A DNA stretch of 64,000 nt. Origin: Sedimentisphaerales bacterium. Lineage in GTDB: Bacteria > Planctomycetota > Phycisphaerae > Sedimentisphaerales > SM23-30. The notes beneath the pieces are model-generated. The model was not told the DNA's origin. It ran no database searches and was given only the letters and a program-made list of their open reading frames with translations. The translations under genes were made by a program, and so were the position numbers. Shown here piece by piece: positions 49,482 through 60,453 of this stretch (position 1 is its first letter; every line of letters begins with the position of its first letter). The stretch covers positions 96,001 to 160,000 of the forward strand of contig CAXXMR010000011.1 of assembly GCA_963663805.2 (NCBI GenBank), written 5' to 3'.

Positions 49482-50021
49482 GTGCGAATTTACAGAATAC
49501 TTAAAGTTGTTGTTTGGACGTTACTTGTTATCAGCGTATGTGGATGCAGCGGTTGGCAGAGCCGTTTTAGTGAGATAGTGCCGGAATACGGCCATCGCAA
49601 CTGGATTGTTGTAGCGGATTCCGCCTATCCCAAACAGAGTGCTTCCGGGATCGAAACGATTGCTACCGGCAAAGGGCAACTGGAAGTGCTGAATGTTGTG
49701 CTGGAGGCGATTGACCAGGCACCGCATGTTCAGGCGATTGTGATGTTGGATGCTGAGTTGAACAGCGTCCCGGAAGCGGATGCCCCCGGGGTAACCGCCT
49801 ATCGCAATGCACTCAAAAAAGCCCTGAAAGACAAACAGGTCAAAGTCATGCCGCATGAAGACATTATCAGCCAACTGGATAAAGACTCCAAAATATTCAA
49901 CGTTCTGCTGCTGAAAACTGACCTGACGATTCCCTATACCTCCGTCTTCCTCCAGCTCGATTGCGGCTACTGGACAGCAGAAAAAGAAAAGCGACTCAGA
50001 GAGACGCTGTCAAAAAATTAA
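49482..50021 (+). CDS. RbsD/FucU-fold protein with lipoprotein-like leader
   Basis: GHRNWIVVADSAYP, IPYTSV; LLVISVCGC. Confidence 0.7.
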   Translation: MRIYRILKVVVWTLLVISVCGCSGWQSRFSEIVPEYGHRNWIVVADSAYPKQSASGIETIATGKGQLEVLNVVLEAIDQAPHVQAIVMLDAELNSVPEADAPGVTAYRNALKKALKDKQVKVMPHEDIISQLDKDSKIFNVLLLKTDLTIPYTSVFLQLDCGYWTAEKEKRLRETLSKN

Positions 50022-50051
50022 GAAACGGCGTTTTGTCGTTATTTGTTGTTA

Positions 50052-50195
50052 TGTAACCGTTCACAGCTTTTTCCTTAAAAAGACCCAGAAGGGGTCGTAA
50101 GAACAAGAGCCGAGCCGCGTAAGCGGCAGGATTTTACCAGACAAAAACAACCACAAGCACCAAAGGGGCGAAAGAAACTATTGTGAACGTTTACA
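50052..50195. mobile_element. MITE/REPIN-like 144-bp element
   Basis: Inverted ends TGTAACCGTTCACA / TGTGAACGTTTACA (13/14) around a REP-like core. Confidence 0.55.
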
Positions 50196-50257
50196 AAAAT
50201 ATATATCCTGAAAAATCCTGTCAAAAAAAATCTTTGTCTTCGCCGTTAAAATCCGCG

Positions 50258-51229
50258 TCAATCCGCGTCATCCGCGGTTAAATATTTTTGTTCTTTAGGA
50301 ATAAACCCACGGAAATCACGCGGGCTCCTGCCCGTTATTCTTCCAAACACGCGAGCAAAATAAGCCGGGTCTTTATAGCCGCAGGCACGGGCCGTTTCCG
50401 AAATATTCAAAGCCGTCGCCGCCAGCAGATATTTGGCTCGATTTACACGCTCGCTGTTTATATAGCTGGTCAGTCTCGTACTGGTCTCTTTGTGAAATAA
50501 ATGGGACAGATAATCTGCCGAACAGTCCAGCACGCCGGCCAGATACTCGACAGACAATTTGCAATTACCAAAATCGTCCGCAATCAACTGCTTACAGCGA
50601 GCCACCGCGAAATGCTCCTTATGGGAAACGTATCGGCGCCCTTCCAGACCTTCCAGAACAATGGCGAAGGCCGCCAGCAAGGCTCCTTTTAGCCGCCATT
50701 GCCGACCCGATTGTTCTTGATGAAAGGTTTCGGTTATATCGTCCAGAAAATTCGCCAGCCGATTTCCGCCGTCCGGCTCAAAAGTGGTCGAGGCAATCAC
50801 CGAGGGCCGCTGCTCACTGTCGGCCTGAGCGAGCAGACAATAGTTAGTATTACGAACGGCACATATCACCAGGTCATAAAAGCCGCCCCGCCAGTTACCG
50901 GTTTTTTCATTGTGCGATATGCCACGGGGCATAACGCATATCTGGTCGGGATAGAGCCGGAACCCTTCGTGGGGAAAGCGGAATTCCGTCAGCCCTGAAA
51001 GTTGAATGAACACTTCCGGATGAATATGGAAATGAGAGTCGGGGATGAACTTCATCTGGTCCCGAATCTGGGGCACACGCAGTTTGTACTTGTCAGACTC
51101 AATCAGTTTTATTTGGCGGACCAGTACAGCTTTGCAAAGTTCGATATATTCGATTTCGCCGGCCAGATATTCCCGGAGGGGATTGTCGTCCATAGCGGTT
51201 TTGTCCTTGTTTTTTAGGTTTTGTGCCAT
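50258..51229 (-). CDS. AraC-family regulator with cupin domain
   Basis: HFHIHPE; C-terminal double HTH (CGYKDPAYFARVF...SPRDFR); start uncertain. Confidence 0.88.
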   Translation of the reverse strand: MAQNLKNKDKTAMDDNPLREYLAGEIEYIELCKAVLVRQIKLIESDKYKLRVPQIRDQMKFIPDSHFHIHPEVFIQLSGLTEFRFPHEGFRLYPDQICVMPRGISHNEKTGNWRGGFYDLVICAVRNTNYCLLAQADSEQRPSVIASTTFEPDGGNRLANFLDDITETFHQEQSGRQWRLKGALLAAFAIVLEGLEGRRYVSHKEHFAVARCKQLIADDFGNCKLSVEYLAGVLDCSADYLSHLFHKETSTRLTSYINSERVNRAKYLLAATALNISETARACGYKDPAYFARVFGRITGRSPRDFRGFIPKEQKYLTADDAD

Positions 51230-51335
51230 TTTATTCACTTGATGTCGGCCTTGGCTTGGCTTTATTATACCGTAAAAGGTAAAAAATGCCAAAAAAATTA
51301 AAAAGAGGTTTTGTCCACAATTAGGAGTGTAAAGA

Positions 51336-52100
51336 ATGGCTGAAAAAATCAAAGTTACCGTCTGGAACGAGTTTCGTCACGAGCAGAACAACGCCGATGT
51401 CAAAAAACTATACCCCGATGGCATGCACGCGGTAATTGCTAAAACCCTTAACGCTGCCAGCGATATGGATGCAAAAACCGCCACTCTCGACGAGCCGGAA
51501 CACGGCCTGACCGAGGATGTCGTCAACAATACCGATGTTATGCTCTGGTGGGGGCACATGGCCCATCAGGAAGTCTCCGACGAGATCGTTCATAGAGTCC
51601 AGAAACGTGTACTTGAAGGCATGGGACTGATAGTACTGCATTCCGCCCACTTCTCAAAAATCTTCAGAACCCTGCTCGGTACCAACTGCTCCCTTAAATG
51701 GCGTGAAGCCGCCGAAAAGGAACGCCTCTGGAACCTCGAACCCAGCCACCCGATTACTCAGGGTATCGGCGAGTATATCGAACTGCCCAATACGGAAATG
51801 TACGGCGAGCGTTTCGATATTCCCACGCCCGACAAACTGATTTTCGTTTCCTGGTTCGAAGGCGGCGAAGTCTTCCGCAGCGGCTGCACCTGGCAGAGAG
51901 GCCACGGTCGTATCTTCTACTTCCGGCCCGGCCACGAAACCTACCCCATTTTCTATAATGAACAAATCCAGAAAGTTCTCGTCAACGCCGTCCGCTGGGC
52001 CCGGCCACGAATTATTATGGCCGACAAATGCCCCAACCCCGACCCGCTCGAAAAGCTCTCGAAAAAGAACGTGGAGTTTGGAAAACTCTCAAAAAAATGA
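51336..52100 (+). CDS. thuA: ThuA-family protein
   Basis: [31 protein letters not shown]. Confidence 0.88.
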   Translation: MAEKIKVTVWNEFRHEQNNADVKKLYPDGMHAVIAKTLNAASDMDAKTATLDEPEHGLTEDVVNNTDVMLWWGHMAHQEVSDEIVHRVQKRVLEGMGLIVLHSAHFSKIFRTLLGTNCSLKWREAAEKERLWNLEPSHPITQGIGEYIELPNTEMYGERFDIPTPDKLIFVSWFEGGEVFRSGCTWQRGHGRIFYFRPGHETYPIFYNEQIQKVLVNAVRWARPRIIMADKCPNPDPLEKLSKKNVEFGKLSKK

Positions 52101-52226
52101 TGTAAAACACGTTCAAAACCCAAATTTTTGACAAAAAAACAAAAATTTTTCAAAAAAAAGTGAATTTTTGCCCCCAATCAGGCTGATTCGCGCTGAAAAA
52201 TAAGGCTTTTTCGACAGGAAATTATC

Positions 52227-53276
52227 ATGATTAAACTGGCAATCATCGGTACCGGAGGCATGGCCCACGCTCACGCCCGCAAGTTCAAAGAAATCAAATC
52301 CTGCAAGATTGTAGCAGTTTGCGATATAGTCAAACAAAGAGCTGCCGCCTTCGCCAAGGAGTTTGACCTTAATCCTAAAACCGTCTTTACGGACATCGCC
52401 GAGATGTTCGATTCGGTAGCAATTGACGCTGTAACTAACGTTACCAGCGATGCTTACCACGCCCCGATTTCCCTGAAATGTATCGCCGCCGGCAAGCACA
52501 TCCTTTGCGAAAAGCCGCTGGCGACCAATCATGCCGACGCCCGCAAAATGACCGCCGCCGCCCAACGTAAGGGCGTTATAAATATGGTCAACCTTTCCTA
52601 CCGTGACTCCTCAGCCATCCAGAAAGCCCACCAGCTCGTCGCTCAGGGCACCATCGGCAGAATAATGCATTTCGACGCGTCCTACCTGCAAAGTTGGCTC
52701 TCCTCAAAATGCTGGGGCGACTGGAAAACTGAAGAACAATGGCTCTGGCGGCTTTCTTCTAAACACGGTAGTAAAGGGGTGTTAGGTGATGTTGGCGTGC
52801 ATATTCTTGATTTTGCCACCTTTGCCGCTGGTGACGCCGAGCGGGTAAATTGTCGTCTGAAAACCTTCGAAAAAGCACCGCGAAACCGCATTGGTAAATA
52901 TAAATTAGATGCCAACGATTCCGCTATTATTACCCTGGAACTCGCCGGCGGAGCTCTCGGCACGGTCCATACCACACGCTGGGCCACCGGTTACAAAAAT
53001 TGCCTCCAACTACGTATTTTCGGCGAAAAAGGTGCCCTACGCATCGACTTGGACAAGTCGTACACTGAACTGGAGATATGCAAAGGTCGTGACATTGACA
53101 AGGCGGCATGGAAAATCGTCAAATGCCCCAAAACCCCAAATATCTACCAGCGGTTTATTAGTAGCATAAAGACCGGCCGGAACGACCAGCCCGACTTTAA
53201 ACGCGGTGCCCAGGTACAGAAAATGCTGGATGCCTGCTTCAAATCCGACCAGACCGGCAAAACCGTCAAGCTCTAA
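52227..53276 (+). CDS. Gfo/Idh/MocA oxidoreductase
   Basis: GTGGMA, CEKP, DVGVH. Confidence 0.92.
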   Translation: MIKLAIIGTGGMAHAHARKFKEIKSCKIVAVCDIVKQRAAAFAKEFDLNPKTVFTDIAEMFDSVAIDAVTNVTSDAYHAPISLKCIAAGKHILCEKPLATNHADARKMTAAAQRKGVINMVNLSYRDSSAIQKAHQLVAQGTIGRIMHFDASYLQSWLSSKCWGDWKTEEQWLWRLSSKHGSKGVLGDVGVHILDFATFAAGDAERVNCRLKTFEKAPRNRIGKYKLDANDSAIITLELAGGALGTVHTTRWATGYKNCLQLRIFGEKGALRIDLDKSYTELEICKGRDIDKAAWKIVKCPKTPNIYQRFISSIKTGRNDQPDFKRGAQVQKMLDACFKSDQTGKTVKL

Positions 53277-53290
53277 AACGCCAGCGGTTG

Positions 53291-54295
53291 CTACAGATAC
53301 TGCCGAAGGTTCTCTTTGAGTTCCTGATAATGGAAAAGCCGGTTGTACTCCAGCAGGCCCGAAAGTGCCCTTGAATGGGTTTTAATGCCGGATTCGACGA
53401 GAATAGAAATTGGGTTCAGGCCGCCAATTACTACCGCACCGATACATTCTTCGTTGACCGGAATATCAAGAATCGGTTTGCCGGGCATGCCCACCTTCAT
53501 AAACGCTCCCAGGCCGATGCTTGTCAGTCGGTCGGCCAGGTGCAGTACCAGTTCGCGGCTGGAGGCGGGCAGTTCCCGGAAACTCGCTCCAATACGGCCA
53601 TTGCCGTCGGTGATCGCCCCTAAATAATTGGTCATGCCGCTCTTGATGAATATTTCCAGCGGGTCAATACTGGTAGCATTGTAATGTATAATCTCCGCGA
53701 AACGGGCAGGCTTGCCGTCGGCAAGGTCAATTACGCCTCCAAAGCGTGAGGTGGTGGGGATGCCGTGCTTGAGCAGTACTCCGTTAAGCGTTACGGAGCA
53801 TACCGTGCAGAAACCTATGAGCCCCTGAGGAATAATAGTATCTTTAATCTTCTCGCCCGGCGGCAGCAGGGTCAGCAAAGTACCCATCGCATAGCCCTTT
53901 TCGAATACCTGGCAAATCTGGTCAACATACCGGTTCAGCTCATGGGGGTTCACCAGCGAAGTATTGATTACCACACTGCCAGAGCGGGTCGGCAGGTCAA
54001 ATGTCATTTTATAAGTCATCTGGTCTATTTTGGCAGAAAGGTAACCAACCCTTTCCAGTGTGCGACTGTTATGCAGATCCGCCAATCCTTTCTCTGTAAT
54101 GCTGCGGCCCCTTTTGCCGTGCGAAAGAGTCAGGCCTTCCTCGTCCATCTCCTTCAGGTAAAGCCTCACGGTTCGTTCGCTGTAGTCATACCCGGAATCA
54201 TTGAGTTCCTGGGTCAGATTAATCGAGTTAACAGGCTGATCTTCGGAGGAAAGAACTTTGAGCATTTCCAGAATTTTTAATTTTTTCTTGTTCAC
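53291..54295 (-). CDS. nrpR: NrpR-family nitrogen regulator (wHTH + NRD/DUF128)
   Basis: SERTVRLYL..MDEEG.T, TVCSVTLNG, IDPLEIF, GGLNP; divergent from gdhA. Confidence 0.85.
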   Translation of the reverse strand: MNKKKLKILEMLKVLSSEDQPVNSINLTQELNDSGYDYSERTVRLYLKEMDEEGLTLSHGKRGRSITEKGLADLHNSRTLERVGYLSAKIDQMTYKMTFDLPTRSGSVVINTSLVNPHELNRYVDQICQVFEKGYAMGTLLTLLPPGEKIKDTIIPQGLIGFCTVCSVTLNGVLLKHGIPTTSRFGGVIDLADGKPARFAEIIHYNATSIDPLEIFIKSGMTNYLGAITDGNGRIGASFRELPASSRELVLHLADRLTSIGLGAFMKVGMPGKPILDIPVNEECIGAVVIGGLNPISILVESGIKTHSRALSGLLEYNRLFHYQELKENLRQYL

Positions 54296-54308
54296 GCCTG
54301 CTCCAATC

Positions 54309-54440
54309 TGGCAATATTGCCATACCCTGCATTAGATTTCTGTGGTGATCATGTGTTTTTATTGCCGATAATTGCCAAATTTACTTGTTTTATGGCAGGA
54401 TGTCAATATTGTAACTTTTGATTTTGTGGCAATGTTGCCA
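54309..54440. promoter_or_regulatory. Repeated palindromic operator TGGCAATATTGCCA
   Basis: Perfect at 54309-22, 13/14 at 54427-40, 11/14 at 54401-14. Confidence 0.7.
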
Positions 54441-54516
54441 TATGTCTATATTTTACAACAAGATAAGTAAGTTTTCCAGAATATTTTTATTTGACAACAA
54501 AAAAGTCGCGAGTTAA

Positions 54517-56004
<1,488 letters not shown>

Positions 56005-56034
56005 TAACGGTTTAAACTGCCGATAGGGTTTTGT

Positions 56035-56075
56035 GCGGAATCCGACTTCAAGCGAGGTCGGGTTCCGTTTTTTTT
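56035..56075 (+). terminator. Intrinsic terminator
   Basis: GCGGAATCCGACTTC...GAGGTCGGGTTCCGT followed by a T-run. Confidence 0.85.
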
Positions 56076-56355
56076 GGGGGGGGTATGTTTTTTATTATGA
56101 GTAAGGTGTGAAATACAATTTGTGGATAAAGGCTAGTTTTTTTATTTTTACTACATTTATATAACTCATTTATTTATAATTATTTAGCCTTAAACACAGG
56201 CCTTCTTGACCGGGACAGACCAGCTAGATATGTAGAAAAAGTAAAATATAATTGCGTTTTTTGTTGCATTAATTTTTATATTTGTGTATATACGGTAAAT
56301 AAGCAACAGCATATTGGTTGCCTTGCGAGTGTAACGCGATAATAGAGGGCATGTT

Positions 56356-57528
56356 GTGATAGATTCAATCAAAGACAAGATATTGATTGACAGGGCGAAC
56401 GGTAAAAAATCTCCTGTCTATAAGCAGATTCATATTGGTATTACGGAGTTAATATCAAAGGAAAACCTTCCTGATGGTTACAGTTTACCCACGGTTGCTG
56501 AGCTGGCTAATATTCTGGGGGTGAATTATCGGACGGCTAAACTGGCCTATGAAATGCTGGTGGCGGACGAGTTTATACGATATGTTCCCAATAAAGGAGC
56601 GGTAGTAAATAATAAGGCAGCCAATCAATCTGAAGCGGGCGTGTCAAAAGGGATTTTCCGGCGTCTGGCAATAACTTTTATCAGGCCTCGGATGGCTGCT
56701 GCCTGGCTGGAGATGGCCAGCGGGGTTTCTGACTACTGCAAAGAGAATGATATTGATTTGACAGTTATCGATGCCCTGGGTTCACACAGTGATTATCTGG
56801 AGGCATTGAAGTGTGAGGTTCGGTCCAATGAAGGTCTATTGGTTGTTCCTTATGAGTTGCCGGAATATAACAAGGCGATAGAGTCTTTGATGGCCAAAGA
56901 AGTTAAGTTTGTCTTTATGGACCGGTATCTTGAGGGTGTGGAAGCGAGTGTGGTTGCGGCGGACCACTTTGGTGGTGTCTATGGCGCGACTTGTCATTTA
57001 TTGGAAACACATGACCGTCCGGCGTATTATTTGGGTCAGTCGATGTCGCCCAGCTCTTCTCGCAGTTGGTATGAGGGGTGGAAAGCGGCGATGGTTGACC
57101 ATGGCTATGGCAATCTGGTCGATTCTTATGTATATACTTTGAAAGAGCGTGAAGCGGAATTGTTTGGCCGTAAATGGCATTGTATGGAGGATAATACGCA
57201 GTTGGGGCTGGATTTTCTGCGTATGGTGAAACGGGGGCCTTGTTCGGTATTTGTATCTGGTGATTATCTGGCAAACGGTCTATATCTGGCGGCCAATGAG
57301 CTGGGCTTTGAAGTTGGCAAGGATTTGTTTGTGGTTGGTTTTGGCAATGTTCCTATGGGTCAGAAACTTCAGGTTCCGCTGACCAGTGTAGACCAGAACA
57401 GCAGGCAGGTTGGGTATAAAGGAGCTGAATTGTTGTCGCGGCATATGAATGGTCAGATGAACGGGACGATAAAGATTTCCTGTGAGACCAAGCTCCATAT
57501 TCGCGCCAGCAGCGTGAAGCACGGCTGA
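56356..57528 (+). CDS. GntR-HTH / LacI-type regulator
   Basis: PVYKQI, LPTVAELA..LGVN..T; VVGFGN, PLTSVDQ. Confidence 0.9.
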   Translation: MIDSIKDKILIDRANGKKSPVYKQIHIGITELISKENLPDGYSLPTVAELANILGVNYRTAKLAYEMLVADEFIRYVPNKGAVVNNKAANQSEAGVSKGIFRRLAITFIRPRMAAAWLEMASGVSDYCKENDIDLTVIDALGSHSDYLEALKCEVRSNEGLLVVPYELPEYNKAIESLMAKEVKFVFMDRYLEGVEASVVAADHFGGVYGATCHLLETHDRPAYYLGQSMSPSSSRSWYEGWKAAMVDHGYGNLVDSYVYTLKEREAELFGRKWHCMEDNTQLGLDFLRMVKRGPCSVFVSGDYLANGLYLAANELGFEVGKDLFVVGFGNVPMGQKLQVPLTSVDQNSRQVGYKGAELLSRHMNGQMNGTIKISCETKLHIRASSVKHG

Positions 57529-57603
57529 CTTAATTCTATTTAGTTTTAAGAATATTTATTTAATGGTTTTGACCGAGAGGCTCAATCAGAAGGAGATGGT
57601 ACG

Positions 57604-58431
57604 TTGAAAAAGGCAAAGACTATAAAAAACAAAGCGTTTACTCTTGTGGAACTGCTGGTGGTGGTGGCGATAATCGCTTTGCTGGTGAGTATTTTGCTGC
57701 CGGCATTGGGTCAGGCTCGTGAAGAGACCAAGCGGGTGGTATGTTCGACGAATCTGCGGCAGTTTGGTTTGGCCTGGTCGGTTTACGCCGAGGACAATCA
57801 TGACAAGAGCATGACCTGGAGCTCTACGGTGTCCGACCCTGATTTCTGGTTTTATCGTTTGGCTCCCTATTTGGGTGATTCAACTTTTGAAAGTGGCTCG
57901 GAAAACGAAAAGGGAGCTTTGCAGATACTGAAATGCCCATCGGCGGGCGTGTGGAGAGATGCTTATGGATATGGTATGGGTTATGGCGGGGCTAAATATT
58001 CGTGGCGTTGGCCTTTAGTGCTGTCCAGTGTGGATCAGGCTATCGTTGAGGGTGGTTATACGATAAATAACTGGATGCGTGAGTGGCCTAATCCTACTCC
58101 GGAAAACGCGAATAAATTTTACACCCAATTTTCGGTTGCCCCTAACAATGTACCCATAATGAGTGATGGTGCCTGGCCCACAGCTACGCCCCAGACTGAA
58201 GATGGTTACAAGGCTCGATATTTGATAGACGTAAACGGGGGCGGCTTGCCGGGCATGAACGGCGCGAACCACTCAGTCGCTCGTTTGATAATAAATCGTC
58301 ACGGGAAGAATACTACGAATGTTCTATTCAAGGATGTTCACGTGGAGCGTGTTAAGCTGGAGAAGATGTGGGATTTTCCGTGGCACAGAGGTTTTGAGCG
58401 TATTAGTGAGCTTTATATACCGAATGATTAA
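57604..58431 (+). CDS. Prepilin-type N-methylation domain protein (DUF1559-like)
   Basis: [22 protein letters not shown]....NVLFKDVHV. Confidence 0.9.
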   Translation: MKKAKTIKNKAFTLVELLVVVAIIALLVSILLPALGQAREETKRVVCSTNLRQFGLAWSVYAEDNHDKSMTWSSTVSDPDFWFYRLAPYLGDSTFESGSENEKGALQILKCPSAGVWRDAYGYGMGYGGAKYSWRWPLVLSSVDQAIVEGGYTINNWMREWPNPTPENANKFYTQFSVAPNNVPIMSDGAWPTATPQTEDGYKARYLIDVNGGGLPGMNGANHSVARLIINRHGKNTTNVLFKDVHVERVKLEKMWDFPWHRGFERISELYIPND

Positions 58432-58577
58432 CCATTTAATTTGTGAGCCGCATTAGCAAAGGGTGTACAAACGGCCGTTTCCGATGCTGAGGCAGTTAAA
58501 AAAACTTTGTGTAAATTTTTCCTGAAGTAGTTGTCAGGTAAATCTGAAGTTGGTTCTTTTTAGAAAAGGAGTAAATT

Positions 58578-60392
58578 ATGAGAAAGCTAATTATGGTGTT
58601 GAGCCTTTGCATTTCAGCATGTGCTTACGGAGGTGAGATTGCGAGATTTGACTTTGAAGGCAATCTGACGGATTCGGTGGGCAGTTATAACGGTACTGCT
58701 GTCGGTCCTGTCGGTTACGCTTACGGTGGTTTAGCTGGCGGCAGTCAATGTCTGGATTTAACCTGTAACGGTGGTGTCGATGGCACTTATGGCGTGGTTC
58801 TGGCGGGTACCGAGGGTGTTTTGGACTCGCCCGATACGATGTCGGTAGCGTTATGGTTCAAGGCTGAAGTTGCCGCTGGTGACGCCAGATGGGATGCAAT
58901 GGTGAGCAAGCTGGGGCCGGGCACGAGTTGGGATAATCAGGGCTGGTCGGCACGTATGTACAGCGACAGTGAAGACCTGGCGTTTACCACCAGACTGCCC
59001 AGCGGCGGCTATGGGTATACTTCAGGATATAATGTTCGTGACGGAAATTGGCATCATATCGTATGCACGTATTCGTCGGCGGCTTATTCAACTCCTGATA
59101 CTCATTCTCAGGCGAAAATCTATATCGATGGCGAGTTGGCCAAGGAATATAACGTCGAGGGTGGCCTGGCGATGAAGACTTCCGCTACTGTTCCCATCAG
59201 CATCGGTGTTTCGATCGAAGATTACGGCACTGGTTTCAATTATCGCGATGGCCAATATGGTTATATTGATAATGTGCGAATATTTGACAATGCCATTACG
59301 GCGACAGAGGTTCAGAATATATATAATTCCTCTATGACCATTCCGTTGGTAACGACTCAGCCGAAATCGACTGTTGTGGCCGCGGGCGATAACGCTATAT
59401 TTAATATTGTCGGTAGCGGTGCTTTTGACAGTTATGAATGGTATAAAAGTACTGACCCGAACAATGACACTCCGGCGGACGATACGCTCGTAGGCGGCAA
59501 TTCCGCTACGCTGACGATTGCAGGTGCTCAGTTGACCAATGAAGCATTTTACTTTTGTGTGCTAAAAAGCACTTTGGGTGATGTTGCCTCTGAGACTGCC
59601 TATCTGATGACCGAGCGAGTGGTGGCAAACTGGGGATTTGAAAGCAGCCTGAATGATTCTGTGGGTGGCCATGATGGTTCGCGTGTCAATACGGCGGTTT
59701 ATGATACGGGTATTATTGGCTCGAGCGCGTTGCTGATAAATGGTGATGTTGGTGATGTGGTAACCGTGCCGTACAGCTATGAGTTGAACACCGAGAGTTA
59801 CACTTTTAGTGCCTGGGTTAATGTTCCGGTAGGTGCTTCCGGGTCGAGTGTTGGTATATACAGCAATCGCGACACCGTTGCCCAGCAAGGTAGTATCGCT
59901 TATTATCAATCGACCACCAAGTGGGTTACCAAGGTCAGAAGCGTCAGTGGTACCGAGTCAGGTCCGACCTCAGTTTCTACTACGGACGAAGGTGTTTGGC
60001 TATTCTTGGTCTGCACTTTTGAGAAGACTGGTGATAATAGTAATGGTGTTGAGGGCATTTTAAGTATATACATGGACGGTGAGCTTGATGCCCAAAGCAG
60101 TTCGGTGGTTTTCAATCCGAACACCTCTCTGGAGACTGTGATTGGCTCACTGTGGTCGAGTACCAATAGTTATTATGGCGTTATTACCTGCTGGCTTGAT
60201 GATGTCAAGTGGTATAATTACGCTTTGTCCGCTGCTGAGGTCGCTCAGATTTATGTAGATGTGATGGGCGGCTCGATTTGTATTACTCAGCCGACATTTG
60301 ATACGAATGATGATTGTGTAGTTAATTTGTCTGATTTTGCTGATTTTGCCAGCCATTGGCTGGAAAGCAACCTGGTTTATCCGTCAAACTAA
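58578..60392 (+). CDS. Secreted LamG-Ig-LamG protein with dockerin-like tail
   Basis: Signal peptide; DGNWHHI; TTQPKS..WYK..YFCV; DTNDDCVVNLSDFADFASHWL. Confidence 0.85.
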   Translation: MRKLIMVLSLCISACAYGGEIARFDFEGNLTDSVGSYNGTAVGPVGYAYGGLAGGSQCLDLTCNGGVDGTYGVVLAGTEGVLDSPDTMSVALWFKAEVAAGDARWDAMVSKLGPGTSWDNQGWSARMYSDSEDLAFTTRLPSGGYGYTSGYNVRDGNWHHIVCTYSSAAYSTPDTHSQAKIYIDGELAKEYNVEGGLAMKTSATVPISIGVSIEDYGTGFNYRDGQYGYIDNVRIFDNAITATEVQNIYNSSMTIPLVTTQPKSTVVAAGDNAIFNIVGSGAFDSYEWYKSTDPNNDTPADDTLVGGNSATLTIAGAQLTNEAFYFCVLKSTLGDVASETAYLMTERVVANWGFESSLNDSVGGHDGSRVNTAVYDTGIIGSSALLINGDVGDVVTVPYSYELNTESYTFSAWVNVPVGASGSSVGIYSNRDTVAQQGSIAYYQSTTKWVTKVRSVSGTESGPTSVSTTDEGVWLFLVCTFEKTGDNSNGVEGILSIYMDGELDAQSSSVVFNPNTSLETVIGSLWSSTNSYYGVITCWLDDVKWYNYALSAAEVAQIYVDVMGGSICITQPTFDTNDDCVVNLSDFADFASHWLESNLVYPSN

Positions 60393-60406
60393 GAGCGAAG
60401 GATTGG

Positions 60407-60442
60407 GCTTGGGGTCCGGAGTTTTCCGGGCCCCGAGTTTTT
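60407..60442 (+). terminator. Intrinsic terminator-like hairpin
   Basis: GCTTGGGGTCCGGA-GTTT-TCCGGGCCCCGAGT followed by TTTT. Confidence 0.75.
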
Positions 60443-60453
60443 GAAAGAGTTGT

